Source: Marsupella aquatica (Eukaryota > Plantae > Marchantiophyta). Taken from it: DNA of 64,000 bases. The notes below the pieces were generated by a model. It was not told the origin of the DNA. It did not search any database and was given only the letters and a program-made list of their open reading frames with translations. The position numbers were made by a program, and so were the translations under genes. The first letter of the stretch is position 1. Each line of letters starts with the position of its first letter. Where the stretch lies: positions 9,422,287-9,486,286 of the forward strand of contig OZ316899.1 of assembly GCA_973895155.1 (NCBI GenBank), written 5' to 3'. Positions 50,491 to 64,000 of the stretch are shown here, piece after piece.

Positions 50491-50871
50491 AACATATTAA
50501 ACCCCAAGCATAAACGTATCCCGCTACGTTAACCAAAATAACGTCCATCCACACGACGTTCTTATAAAATTAACATCATTTTTTAGGTTGTGGGGAGGTT
50601 GTTGAATTTAGTTTACGTCATAATGTACGACGTACTTAATAAGTTAATGTCGTTCGGTATACGTAATTATGTGTAATGTCGCCACTAAACCCTACACCCC
50701 TGGTTAACGTTGTGATTAATGACGTTAAATTAGGGTAACGGCGGGTCTCCAAGGTTCGTGGGCTACGGCTGTTTTCCTTTAACAAAACATCGGGAAGTGA
50801 CTCAAATGTGACTCACATTCAACATTCAACACTTCCCCTCTCCCCGTCTCGACCTCCTATCTTAACAGTGA

Positions 50872-53220
<2,349 letters not shown>

Positions 53221-53757
53221 TTTATAGTGGCATTCCGGACTTCATATGTCTATTTTATGTGTATTCCATGTGTATATGAACCTAAACCTAAAGCCCACCC
53301 AACTAAGGTAGCCTGGAAGGATGTTCCATACAAGATTAATGTTTACCACAAACGACACTCCATTCACGTCTCTCCATTCTTGTTTTCAAACGTTCTCGTT
53401 AACACCATTTTTACCAAGCCTCACACGACTTACTACTCATACGTCCTGGATAGACTCATCATTAACAAAGTCACAAACTACGTAATCTGACATTAACGTC
53501 ATTTTAAACGATGTTATCAGCTGATTTCCCTATTCAATCTGCGTCCAGAATAACGTCTTTATTTACGACGTTAATATGTAACGTAGGATGGACCTACGTA
53601 TGTAACGTCATTTTGGACAATGTAAACTGTAACCTTTGTTACTTCGTACAAAATGTGCCCTCATTCACGTCAAGTATGTCGCCTTTCTTTAGCAGCAAGG
53701 AGACATCGGGCTTAACGTCTTCATGTAACACATAAAAAACCTGATAATGTAGTTGTG

Positions 53758-54830
53758 TCCCATACATGCCAGACAGCTGTATGCGGATTATTGTTCGCTA
53801 AGTCGTTTCAAGGATCGTTGGATGATGTCTTTTTGAGGGATGACCTCATTCCATATTTACAAAAGCTATCGGATTCAGGGCTTTGTCTTGCGTTTGCTAA
53901 CAAGTTCGATTATCCCATCTGGTTGATTAGAAATCTACATCGAGATTGGGATCTGAACGAGGATATATGGGAGCATCTGTACGTGCAGAGACATGCGGAT
54001 CAAGTTCTTATCAAGCACTTCAACAGACGTCACTTATCAATGGCCAGAGTATAGAGGATGTTGTCTCTGTAATATGTGACGCGACCATTTGCGTGACTAC
54101 ATCCATACAGGCTCATGCATCTTCTTGTGTTTCTCTACAGGAGATTCATTGCAGCAGAGAAAATGGGCTCATAGTTTTAGACGTGGAGCATCTACTCTGT
54201 TACACTGCACTGCATTCCCGACTGATGGCGGTCTCAACTGGAATTCGGATTGGGAATATATACATTTTTCCAAGGCCTCATCTTCACGAATTCTTGAGAT
54301 TCTGTTTTGAGAATTTCGATGTAGGGATCTGGTCCTCTCTTGGGAAGAACCTTTTAGATCAGATTTTAGCATCTATTTTTATTGTGATGGAAATGACCTC
54401 ATTTAAGTATATTTGGGATTAGTCTCATTGTTACTTATGCGATGGGGTGACATAAAATAAGCGGATATTTTTGAAGTGTTTTGAGAAGGTTGGAATTTAT
54501 ACGAAAGCGTATCTGCAACAAAATATAATGCTTATCGAATCTGATGCATTTCATGCTTGTTTAGATCCTATTGTTGGATCATTATTTTCGCCCAAATATT
54601 TTGGGTCGGTTGACGATAGTTTCTTGATTAACTTGCTGATTCCGTATCTTAGCAAGCTAGCAAAATCTTGTGAGTCGCTTGTCATTGCCAATGGAAGAGA
54701 TTATCTTGATTGGTCAGTTAAATCTATTTTTAGAGATTATGATTATAATCATACTCTATGGGAAGACCCTGTGATTCAGAGGCATGGAGATAGATATCTA
54801 GTAGAGCAATTTAACAAATGCCCAATTTAG
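53758..54830 (+). pseudogene. FCP1-like domain 2 (3' part) and FCP1-like domain 3
   Basis: DDVFLRDDLIPYLQKL; then LIVLDVEHLL, FPRPHLHEFLRFCFENFDVGIWSS and DDSFLINLLIPYLSKL, a clear paralog of domain 2. Confidence 0.8.
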
Positions 54831-56195
54831 GACGCTTCCAAAATAATAGTCGGCATGAGATCACATTAATTTGTATTGTCATTCTAGAAACGATTTGTAA
54901 ACTCCTTATACACTGGTTATCATATATAAAGGATCTCAGAGATTTATTTCTCTATTGTTATTATTCGCGTGAGCATGTCTCTTGGTCCCGTCAAGTTGGA
55001 TTGGTTAAAATGTGACGTTGCAGTCATTTTTAGGGTTTCACGCGCAGCCACGCGTCATGTAGCCCCCTTTTTATTAAAATAATAATATTTGGTGATTTTC
55101 AGAATTTCCAAAGTTCGGTTTTCCTTAAATTGGGGTTTTTGTCAAAAGCCAAATGTTCAAGTTGCAACGTACCGCGCACTAGGAAGCCTTTGCGAAGGGC
55201 GCGATGACTCAAGAAGGTTTGTATCATAGAAATTGATACGACCAAGAAATTTGGCAGACTGAATTTCCACATCCTAGAAGACATTCGATGAAGGATGTTC
55301 GGGAGTTGGATAATGAATTGAGAATCTCTCTTGAAATGGCCTTGGAGGAGAATCAGGAAGCCAAGGAATGTTCTATTCACCCGGGCTCATACCCTCGTCC
55401 CCAGGCAGCTGGAAACGATTCCTTATGTCAGAAGTTTTGGTCACTCGGCTCTCGGTGTCTGCAATTGACCCGAAGTTGACCGTCTGATCGGTCTGTTGCT
55501 CCTCCGACGCTGGCACTTCCCTCTGGGGCCACACAACGTTATCAACATTGACACCAGGACGCTCCATATCGTCCACTAACGGTTACTTTGATCGGGGTTA
55601 CGCAAGCTTGTAGCGCAAGAAACAACCTTCAAGCGCAAAGTATACTTTCCAAACCACAAGAGCACAGTGTGAACATCTGGAATGAAACTCGTCTGGAGGG
55701 CTTACTCGAATGTATGCCCCCTCAAAGGATCGCCATTTTTTGGATTCAATGGACATACGACCAAACCAAAGCATGAGAATGGACCGACGGGGAATATCGC
55801 CCCAACAGGTGCTAACGTTCATTTCACTTAACCAAAAAAACTTCAACGGTAATACTCGTTCCGGAAGGCATATTATTGGCTAACGTCTGGCGCTATCAAA
55901 AACAAAGTCATTTCCATATCATTTTCGTTCCTTGAAAATTCCGAAAACATGTTATTTGGTTAATGCCAGGCGCTATACAAATACGAGTCACCCAGAGCAT
56001 GTCCCCAAAAGAATCTGAATCCAAGTTTTGCAATTGTCTCTGGCATGAAGCTAGGCGCTAAAGTGAAATATTGAACTTTCATATTTCTCCAAGCTCACTT
56101 GTGAACACAATATACCAATTTGACTACAAATATTTGTTCATGTCTGAACATTTTTATACGATGGAAATTATACAAATGGGGTTCTCATAACTGAT

Positions 56196-59100
56196 CTACT
56201 CAAATGACTCTGTCTCACTACTATCGGATCTATCGGTTGACTCCACCTCGTTGTCCACAAACTCACTTCGGCACATGTCATCCACAAATTGGTTCACCAA
56301 AAACTTCCTATCAGAAGCTCTTCTAAGTCTCAAACCTTTTGTTTCCCAAGATAATGTCCGAGACCTCTCTACTTTTCTGGCGGCTTTCTCAGCATAGGAT
56401 GGGAGAATAAATGGTTTTTCTGGTGTAATCTCCATAGCTTCAGCGATCATTTTCCGGAGTTCAAACCTTCTCCATGTATTCCACTCCGACCTGAAAGTTT
56501 CATCCATATTAAAACAAACACTAAGTTTACCAAAAATATTGCTAAAAATAGTTGTACATTTAGAGTGAGCTTACAAGCATTACTCAGAAGACTCCTCATC
56601 CTCGGAATCACATTTTGATCCCGAGGGATTTGTTTTCTCTGCCCCGTCGTCTCCTAGATTGACAACTGAAATCTCTTCCTCATCAGATTCCCCAGCAACA
56701 TCCGGCTCGCTCTCTTCGGAATCAAAGTTCAAAATTGATCGTACTCTGTACAACTTCTCTTTCCCTTTCCTTGACAATCTCTTCTCTGGAGTCAAAGTTG
56801 ACTTTGGCTCCAAAAGGTCAGCTAAGGTACACTTTGAAGCCGTGACAAAATCTGTTCGCCCTTCCACCCCAACAAGAAATCTACCACAATAGTCTCCCGC
56901 CATGAATGAACTTCTTGAGCAACAGGTCCAGTCGATCACAATATCCTCTGGACAGGAGATGATCTCTATAACGGACTGCATAAAACCAACTGTGAGCTGC
57001 CCGTTTCCACAAGCCACAAGTTCTGGCATTGGATCCGACTTTAAAGACGGAAGTCCTATCAGATTTGTAATTGAAGGATCTTCGGAAGGAGACAATGGAC
57101 GGAACTTGGGATCTTTTGGTATTGTTGATTTTCTCAAAACCCGACCGAATATATCCAATTGCAGCGTGAAGATCTACAAAACAATAGAATAGTAAGGTCA
57201 TGAAACAAAAAGATGTAGATTAGCGCCTGGCGCTGGCCAAAATGAATGATATACAAGATTAGCGCCTGGCGCTGGCCAAAATGGATGTCATTAATTACCT
57301 GAGTGTCAGACTTAGGTTTGTACATAGGAAACCCCATGACAACTGTATACGATGCAATACAGTCAAACTTTTGCGACTGCTGGCATGCAGATATCACTTC
57401 CAAAATCTGGTCATATTCTCCAGTGTGAAGAATAGCCAGAAGTCCATCGTCCGATAGGAAAGGGTCCATTGCGCTAAAGAAAGCCCCAGGGAGAGAGTGG
57501 TCTTGAAGATTCCATTTTGGGACTTTCTTGTCAAAAAGTGATGGCCTCAATCCGGTAGGCAAATATAGGAATCCAGCATCGACACCAAATGCCCTAACTT
57601 TTCCACCTCTAATAACCCCCTTCAACCAAGAACCCGACTTCACAAGATTCTTTCCCCAGGCCTCTACCTGAGAAACCCAAGATGGCTTCTCTTCCCTCTG
57701 AAACACACTATCGTAGAACTCTACCAAGGTAGACTCCACAAATGTGTGCCTGGTTTTATTCCCCTTGAAGTCCCCCACATTCCTCTGTAAACTAGTCGTC
57801 GCAAGCGTTTCCCTGTGAGACCCACTGAAAGTAGAAACACGACGTTTCTTCTTCTTCCTAGTGCTCGTGGCATCCACTGGCAGAGCACTCACATCCTCCG
57901 GGGTCTCCGACCCCTCTGGTGGATCCTCATCCTTCCCAAGACTGTTGTCACGAGAAGGCTCTGGAGTTGCAATCAAAGCATTACCCGACACCAACCCCGC
58001 ATCCGATTTTCGAGATCCTGCTAGAGAAATTGTTACATTAATAACAGTGCCTGGTGCTAGTCAAATAAAACATTGACAATTATGAAGAGTTGAAGCTACA
58101 AAATTAGGAACTCACTTTTTTTGGTCTCTTTTTGAGATCCACTTGGGGTTGTTTCTTGCTTGGGTTTTGCTCTTGGTTTTTGACTCCTTGCAACTTGGAC
58201 GACTTGCGTCTCACAAATCCGCTGGAGCTCTATCGCCGTGAGATCAATCTTGGCATCAATTCCCTGCTTCATCTCTGACAAAATGTTTCTGGGCTCCAAA
58301 TTCTTTGATAACTTGTGAAAAGCATCTTTCTCTGTCTCATCAAACGGTGAATTCCACTTGTCTGTGTCAAGATACCTCAGACAATGCAAAACCTCCCACT
58401 TTGCCATTTTCCTTGGGGGAAACTTTCCCTCTAGTGGGTACATGGTGTACCCAAGAAGTCTCCAGACGCTTCGGACCTCAAATTCACAACGGCCCATTTA
58501 TGGAAGGCACCAGGATAAGCCCATAAATAGCTCGGGTCACTCCTCTCCATTTTCACATAGTATCGATACAAATATCTCTTGGCTCTCTTGCGGTTCACTT
58601 CACTCAAATCCTCCTTGTCAGCGTACTTGGACTCCCAAATAGTGTTGAAAAACTTGGCCCTTACGGAATCCCCGCACTTTCTAAAATCATCTACAATCAA
58701 AGCGTTCAACTTCTCAAAGGGAATCAATTCTCCACCTAGTGTTGTAAGACGTTGTTCGGTGCATGAACCCATAGCCTCCTTCAAACATGCCTCGAGGAGA
58801 GCAGTTGCTATCCCCTCAATCATGTTCCAAACATGCCAAGTGTGGCACCACTGCTTCACGGGGTCGTCCGATACTCCGAGCGGATGGAAAAACTGTTTCC
58901 TTAACTCGGGAGTACAATGTGCAACAAGCAATGTACTTTGCAATTTTGGATCTAATGCCAAATTGGCAGTGAACAAGCAAGCTCTATCCATGGTGCAGAA
59001 TACAGCTTCAGGGACCTTTTCACGTTTGAGTCGATCTATAAGACAATACATCTCAGCGCAAGTGTCCATGAAATCTTCAAACTCTGGGCTTAGCAAGGAA

Positions 59101-60318
59101 GTGAGCTTCGGAGTTTTCACAGTCCACTCCTTAGTGGCTTCCTTCATCATCTGACTGTGTCGAAGATTTGTCTCTTTGACCGACCATGGAGCACCGAAAC
59201 TGCTCGCCTGGTTCTTCATCACCTAAAATTGCTGCGAGTACGATTTGATCTTGTTTTCACACAAGATGTATACCAACGCCTCCATTGACATCTTCTTGGT
59301 AAACCACAAACCCTTTTGGGTTCCTTTCCTTGTCTTCTCAAATTTTGCATAATTTGCCTCATCAATTATGGGTTTGTAGTACTCCAGATCATGAGCCAAA
59401 ATCCTCCTAATTTTGTCCGCATCCAAAATCCAAGAAGACTCTACCACTGCCTGTCCCGTCCTGTGAAATTGAGGACATTAGAAATAGCGCCTAGCGCTAA
59501 CCTAACAATACAACCTGAAAAAAGGGAGAAATTGTTGAAGGGAAACAATCAAATTTGGGAAGAGTAGTCGGTGGTGAAAGAAAACTCACTGGTTAACAAT
59601 ATGCATCGCTGCCTCAATCTCGATGATTGATGCCTTGTCTCCTTTGAAAATTGTGCATTGCACGCGAGGATGATACTTAGGATTCTTTGGACTCTCGTTT
59701 GTGACTTGAGTCCACAAAAACAACCGATGATTTCCATCAAAAACATATAACATTTTGTCCTTGAGGACGTGGAAAGCGGGGTCTGATTCACATTCCGCTT
59801 TGAACAACTGGTTCTCCATGATCCAAAGAGGATCCCAAGTGCCCCGAATTTCATCTATACAAATCTGCGGATTACCTTGAGCGTTGGATGGCTGAACAAA
59901 AAAGCGCATGCCAATGGACGAATTGTATCCAGATGTCCGGAACGAGTCCTTCAGCTTCTCAATCAATTGACTGTTCCTCTGAAGAGTGCGCACAACCTTC
60001 ATGTGAACGAGATGACATAAAGGAATTCTTGGAGGTTTCCTTTGGTAATCCATTTGCATCAACTCCAAATGACATCACGTGCTTTTCAATAACATCGACC
60101 ACCAATTTCTCAATGTCATCGACATTCTGAATGACAAACTCACCAACATGTTCCATTTTCAATCGCCTCGGTTTTGGACAAGGAAGCTCAACTTGACTGA
60201 GAGGATACTGTGTTGTGGAACGAGTTACGCTTTGACTTGAAACACAACTGGAATACAATGACTCTGAGGACTGGGAATGGTTTGGCGACCCAGATCCCAT
60301 TTCGATATACTCTCCCAA
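56196..60318 (-). pseudogene. ParB-like + degenerate beta-class MTase-like fusion, copy C (multi-exon, best preserved)
   Basis: PPRIPLCHL..VR...IEKLKDSF..SGY...LYVFDGNHRL (~59720-59750). GVDAGFLYLPTG..VPKWN...FLSDDG sits at the motif IV-VI position. GQLTVGFMQSVIEIISCPEDIVIDWTCCSRSSFMAGDYCGRFLVGVE matches the motif X-I-II region. Confidence 0.75.
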
Positions 60319-60747
60319 CTGCGATGCGGAGATTTTTCCCGTTCAATTTTGTTTCGTACGGGAGTTTGTTTGGGAGTTCATACGCTTAATTGTGCGGATT
60401 CTCCTTACACGCATCCCTCAACAACACCAACGCAAATGAGAAGAATCTGCCTCATGAGGAACAATTCCAAAGGAAGCAAAGTACCCTAAATGTACGACGA
60501 CTGCACCTTTGGCGACATGTGAGTTGGGGGACGTTGGACACCTGGAGCAAAATGCACCGGACGTTGATTAAATCTGGGATTGACCAGTAGACCTCACAGT
60601 GCGTAAAAAGGTATCTATTTAAGTTACCGTTGGCCTGATACCCATAAATATTATACTTGAATCGACTAAAATGTCCGTTGAAGTTACCGTTGAAGAGCGA
60701 GTTGTTATTAGATAGCGCCCAACGCTATCATTGGCGTCCGTTGTGAA

Positions 60748-60843
60748 GGGTATAGCGACGGAGACAGGAAACAGGTAAACAGGATTTTTTTTTCCTGTTT
60801 TTAATATGCTGTTACCAGGAAAAAATCTCTGTTACCAGGAAAA
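60748..60843. mobile_element. One end of a GGGTAT-terminus MULE-type MITE related to 31510-31798, cut by the copia LTR
   Basis: gggtatagcgacggagacaggaaacaggtaaacagg...ctgttaccaggaaaa resembles the reverse complement of 31721-31798. Confidence 0.6.
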
Positions 60844-63821
60844 TGTTAGATATTGCTCTAGTCTTGTGACTCATGAGCTAACCACAGTTAGTCTAACTCG
60901 GGTTAGGACTTAGCTAATGTTAGCGGTAATGTTGTTGTGCATATAGCCAGGGCTGATGCCAGACCCTGGTGGAACTTAGGCTCATTGTTACGGAGCCAGT
61001 TGAGAGATAGGGAGAGCTTGTGCTATGGATGCTTGGTATGGCCGGTCGGCCTAGAGTGCAGTAAAGCTCTTGTGTGTTCCCGTGGACGTAGCCTCGTGTG
61101 GAGGTGAACCACGTATCTCTCTATGTCAACTCTTGTGCGTTGGATGGTTGATGGGCTTGCCGTTACGAATGTCGTCTATGCTCAACAAGTGGTATCAGAG
61201 CATGCCTGGGAGGTGACGAGGTTTTTTCGTGACGGGTTTTCCCAGCATTCATTGTTGATGGTACATTCGGAGTTTTGTCGCATGAAACTTGAATGTGTGT
61301 GGCTGTGCGGATAGGTTAGTGAGAGGGCTTTCTAACGGTGGTTAGAACTCGCTGATCGGTATCCGTGGTGCGGAGGAATCAAAGTTTGCGTCATTCAGGT
61401 TTTATTTGTGTTCGACGGTTTTTCGGGGGAGAGACCAGAGTTTGTGTTTTCAACGGTGTGAGTTGTGCGGTGCGGGAGGCATCGCATGTTGTAGCTCAAG
61501 TTGAAGGTTGAAGCAAACTGGTCGTTTTGGTAGCTGATTTGTTGCCGAGTTGTTACCAAGTGCAACGTGACAAGTGATGAAGGCATTCAGGTTTTTTCAC
61601 AAGCTATGGAGCTTGTTCTCATCTGAACCGGGTTTCTCTTTGTGATGTCCGACTCGGTGGAAGAAACACAAAGTGCTACGGCTCAACAGTGTGATCGCGG
61701 CGAGGCGGTCATTTTGAGCCCGAGATTGGCACTTGACGCGGAGTGAAAACGACGTGGCGGAATTTGTTTTCTCTACTGGAGCTGCAGATTGTGTCGGTGC
61801 AATTTGGCAACATTTCCTGTAGGCGGCGTTCACTTTACTCGTGAGAAGCAGCGGTGTTCAAGGTGTGTAAACGGCTTTTTTTGTTTTAAAGTAAAATCTT
61901 GGCTTAGGTTAGGGCCACTTTTGGTGTGTATACACACCCTCCCATCCCTTGGTCCCCCGTCGTTTCCCCTTGTACACCCGACTCCCCCCCCGCACCTTGT
62001 TTTCCCCTCATCCTTCAGCCTCGGCGACAAGCTGCGCAACACTGGCCGGCACTTTTTGCGCGCTCGTACGCCCTCCGCCATACCAGGCCAGTCGTTGCCG
62101 TGGCCCCGCCCTGACATCGTATGACCGGCCCTGCATGTGTACGCGACTGCATACGCATCCGCTCTATAACACCGCCCGAGAATCCCCAGGGCGTACTCCC
62201 GGCCTTACGCCCTTTGGGCCCGCCAGTTTATACTGTATTTTTTGATTAGGGGCTTGAGCACCCCCTTTAGGGCCATTATTTTGCCTCTTTTTCTTCCTTA
62301 TTGGTTTCCCTTTGTGCCAGGACCTGCCACCCTCCATTTTAACCGCTCCGACAGGGGGAACGGCCCCCTGTGAGACCTGCTGTACTATGCAAGAATATTC
62401 CCAAAAAACATAGAGCTGTTTTTTGGCCGTTTGACAAAGATTCTGTCCGTTGAACGGTAACTTTTTTGGTTCTTTTTCGGTGAGGACGTTGCCACTGTAG
62501 TTAGCAATGCGGCGCACCAATCACATCGCGATTTCGACGATGGTTTGTACTGGGTATTTTGGTTATTCTCCGAGGTGGTCAAAACGGGGGAGTTTCCCAA
62601 GGTTTTACCCACCCCAACCAAAATTTGAATAAGTTTTCCGTCGAATTTTGATTTTGATTTTGGCTTTCAGTATTTGACTCCTAGCTTTGTGGGCTATGTG
62701 GCGGTGTTGAGTTTTGAGTTTTGTTAGAAGTTTCAAAAAAAGACATTTTTTTGTGATTGTTTCATATGAGTGACTCGAAGGATACTGGAAGAATTGGCGT
62801 CGGTAGAGCTTTAGGATCGCGACGGTCAAACGGAGAGTCTGAGGAGGAGCTGCTACCGTTTGAGGAGGAACTTGTAACACCGGTACGATCACCATTGCGG
62901 TGTGCAATGGAGGAAGCTGTGCTACTACCAGAGCTGTTGGTAGTGGGGAAGAAGAGGGAGATGACTAGATTTGGAGGAGTGAAGTTTGAGGTGGAGAAGT
63001 ACGATGGTCGTACTGATTACTTGCTCTGCGAGAAGCAAGTGAAGGGTGTCCTTTGGGCCATGGGCTTAGCTCATCTGCTTTCTTCGCGAGAGCAGTATGA
63101 TGGAGAGGAGGAGATTTCTGTAGGACAATGGAGACAGGAGTAGGTGATTGTTGTTAATGTAGTGATGCTTTATATCAAGCCACACATCATCAAGCAGCTG
63201 GATGATTATGCGGATTACGCATCATTGTTCAAGGCTCTAAGAGAGAAGTACTACCGGGAAGATACGTCAGACCAGTTGTACAAGAAGTCTCTCTTGATGA
63301 GTCTCAGGCTCAAGGAAGGGAGCAAGATGCAGGATCATCTAGATGAGTTTGACAGTCTAGCGGTGGATCTGTCAAACCTAGGAAAATGAGTTGAAGATGA
63401 GGATAAGGCCTTGCTTCTGCTAAGCTCCTTACCGCCATCATATCAGGGCTTGAAACAGGTGCTCTTGTACAGAGATCTGAAGTCCATTTCATATAATGAG
63501 GTGGTGAGCTCCTTGTTGTCTGATGATGCTCAAAAGAAGTTGGGTCAATCACAGACAGCATCTTCTTCTGGCACTGCGTTGAACGTGAACCGTGGGAGAG
63601 CAGCGCAGTGGTCAAATGGACAAAACAGGTTTAGATCTACATCACAGGGGAGATCTAAATCCAGAGGGAAATCGCAAGAGAGGAAGCCTCTTGCATGTTG
63701 GAATTATGGCAAGCCTGGCCACATGAAAAGGGATTGTCGAGTAAAGATCCCTACTGCATCTGCTAAAAAGGCATCGAGCTCGCATGAGGTAGATTTACTC
63801 GCTGATGATGACATATTGTGA
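60844..63821 (+). mobile_element. Ty1/copia (Tnt1-like) element: 5' LTR 60844-61187, tRNA-iMet PBS, long leader, degenerate gag; no pol seen
   Basis: TGTTAG...CAACA followed by AG and PBS TGGTATCAGAGC (61190-61201). The LTR start is inferred from the terminal motif and the MITE break. Confidence 0.85.
62961..63821 (+). pseudogene. gag: Copia Gag (two internal stops)
   Basis: VKFEVEKYDGRTDY, MQDHLDEF, LLLSSLPPSY and the degenerate knuckle CWNYGKPGHMKRDC. Confidence 0.9.
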
Positions 63822-64000
63822 TGTCAAGGTTATGCTCTCAATATAAGCCTATTCATTAAAAGTGTATTTTCTTTTGTTCACAAATCAGCCCTGAAATGTA
63901 CACTTTTATGTCCCCAAATGTACACTTTACGAAGCCCAAATGTACACTTTTTGATACCTAAATGTACACTTTATAGGCCAAATCTTATTAGTATTATATT

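Noticed and set aside
55099-55850. Short ORFs between elements B and C
   Set aside because: No recognisable motif or consistent frame; cannot be assigned.
61190-61201. tRNA gene
   Set aside because: Only the 12-nt primer-binding site complementary to tRNA-iMet; no cloverleaf.

Overview
Eukaryotic, repeat-derived DNA with GT-AG introns, plant-type LTR elements and many premature stops; probably a non-seed land plant such as a bryophyte, though the taxon is an inference. I recognise no ordinary host gene, rRNA, tRNA or CRISPR. The window is a nest of large cargo-carrying DNA transposons. (A) ~1-12.7 kb: MULE transposase with a GCM-like N-terminus, a ParB-like/methyltransferase-like fusion gene and a Ulp1 protease. 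(B) ~21.9-55.1 kb: DUF7869/Sola-like transposase, three F-box ORFs, a second ParB/MTase-like gene, Ulp1 and three FCP1-like domains. (C) ~21.1-21.8 kb plus ~55.1-60.7 kb: a third ParB/MTase-like gene. Between A and C lies an RPA-OB/RING block. Four insertions have exact target-site duplications (TSDs): a 10.6 kb EnSpm/CACTA element with CACAACTA ends carrying a SET-domain gene, a Bianca-type copia, a TA-flanked MITE and a 9-bp-TSD MITE. Gypsy gag and Tnt1-like copia remnants are also present. Main candidate novelty: three divergent ParB-like + beta-class N4/N6-MTase-like fusion genes, each surrounded by its own CpG-rich palindrome family. The palindromes sit in introns of all three and, for A and B, also in upstream arrays. 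This suggests a parB/parS-like or VANC-like self-recognition system on plant giant transposons. All domain calls are by eye from motifs and need HMM or structure confirmation.
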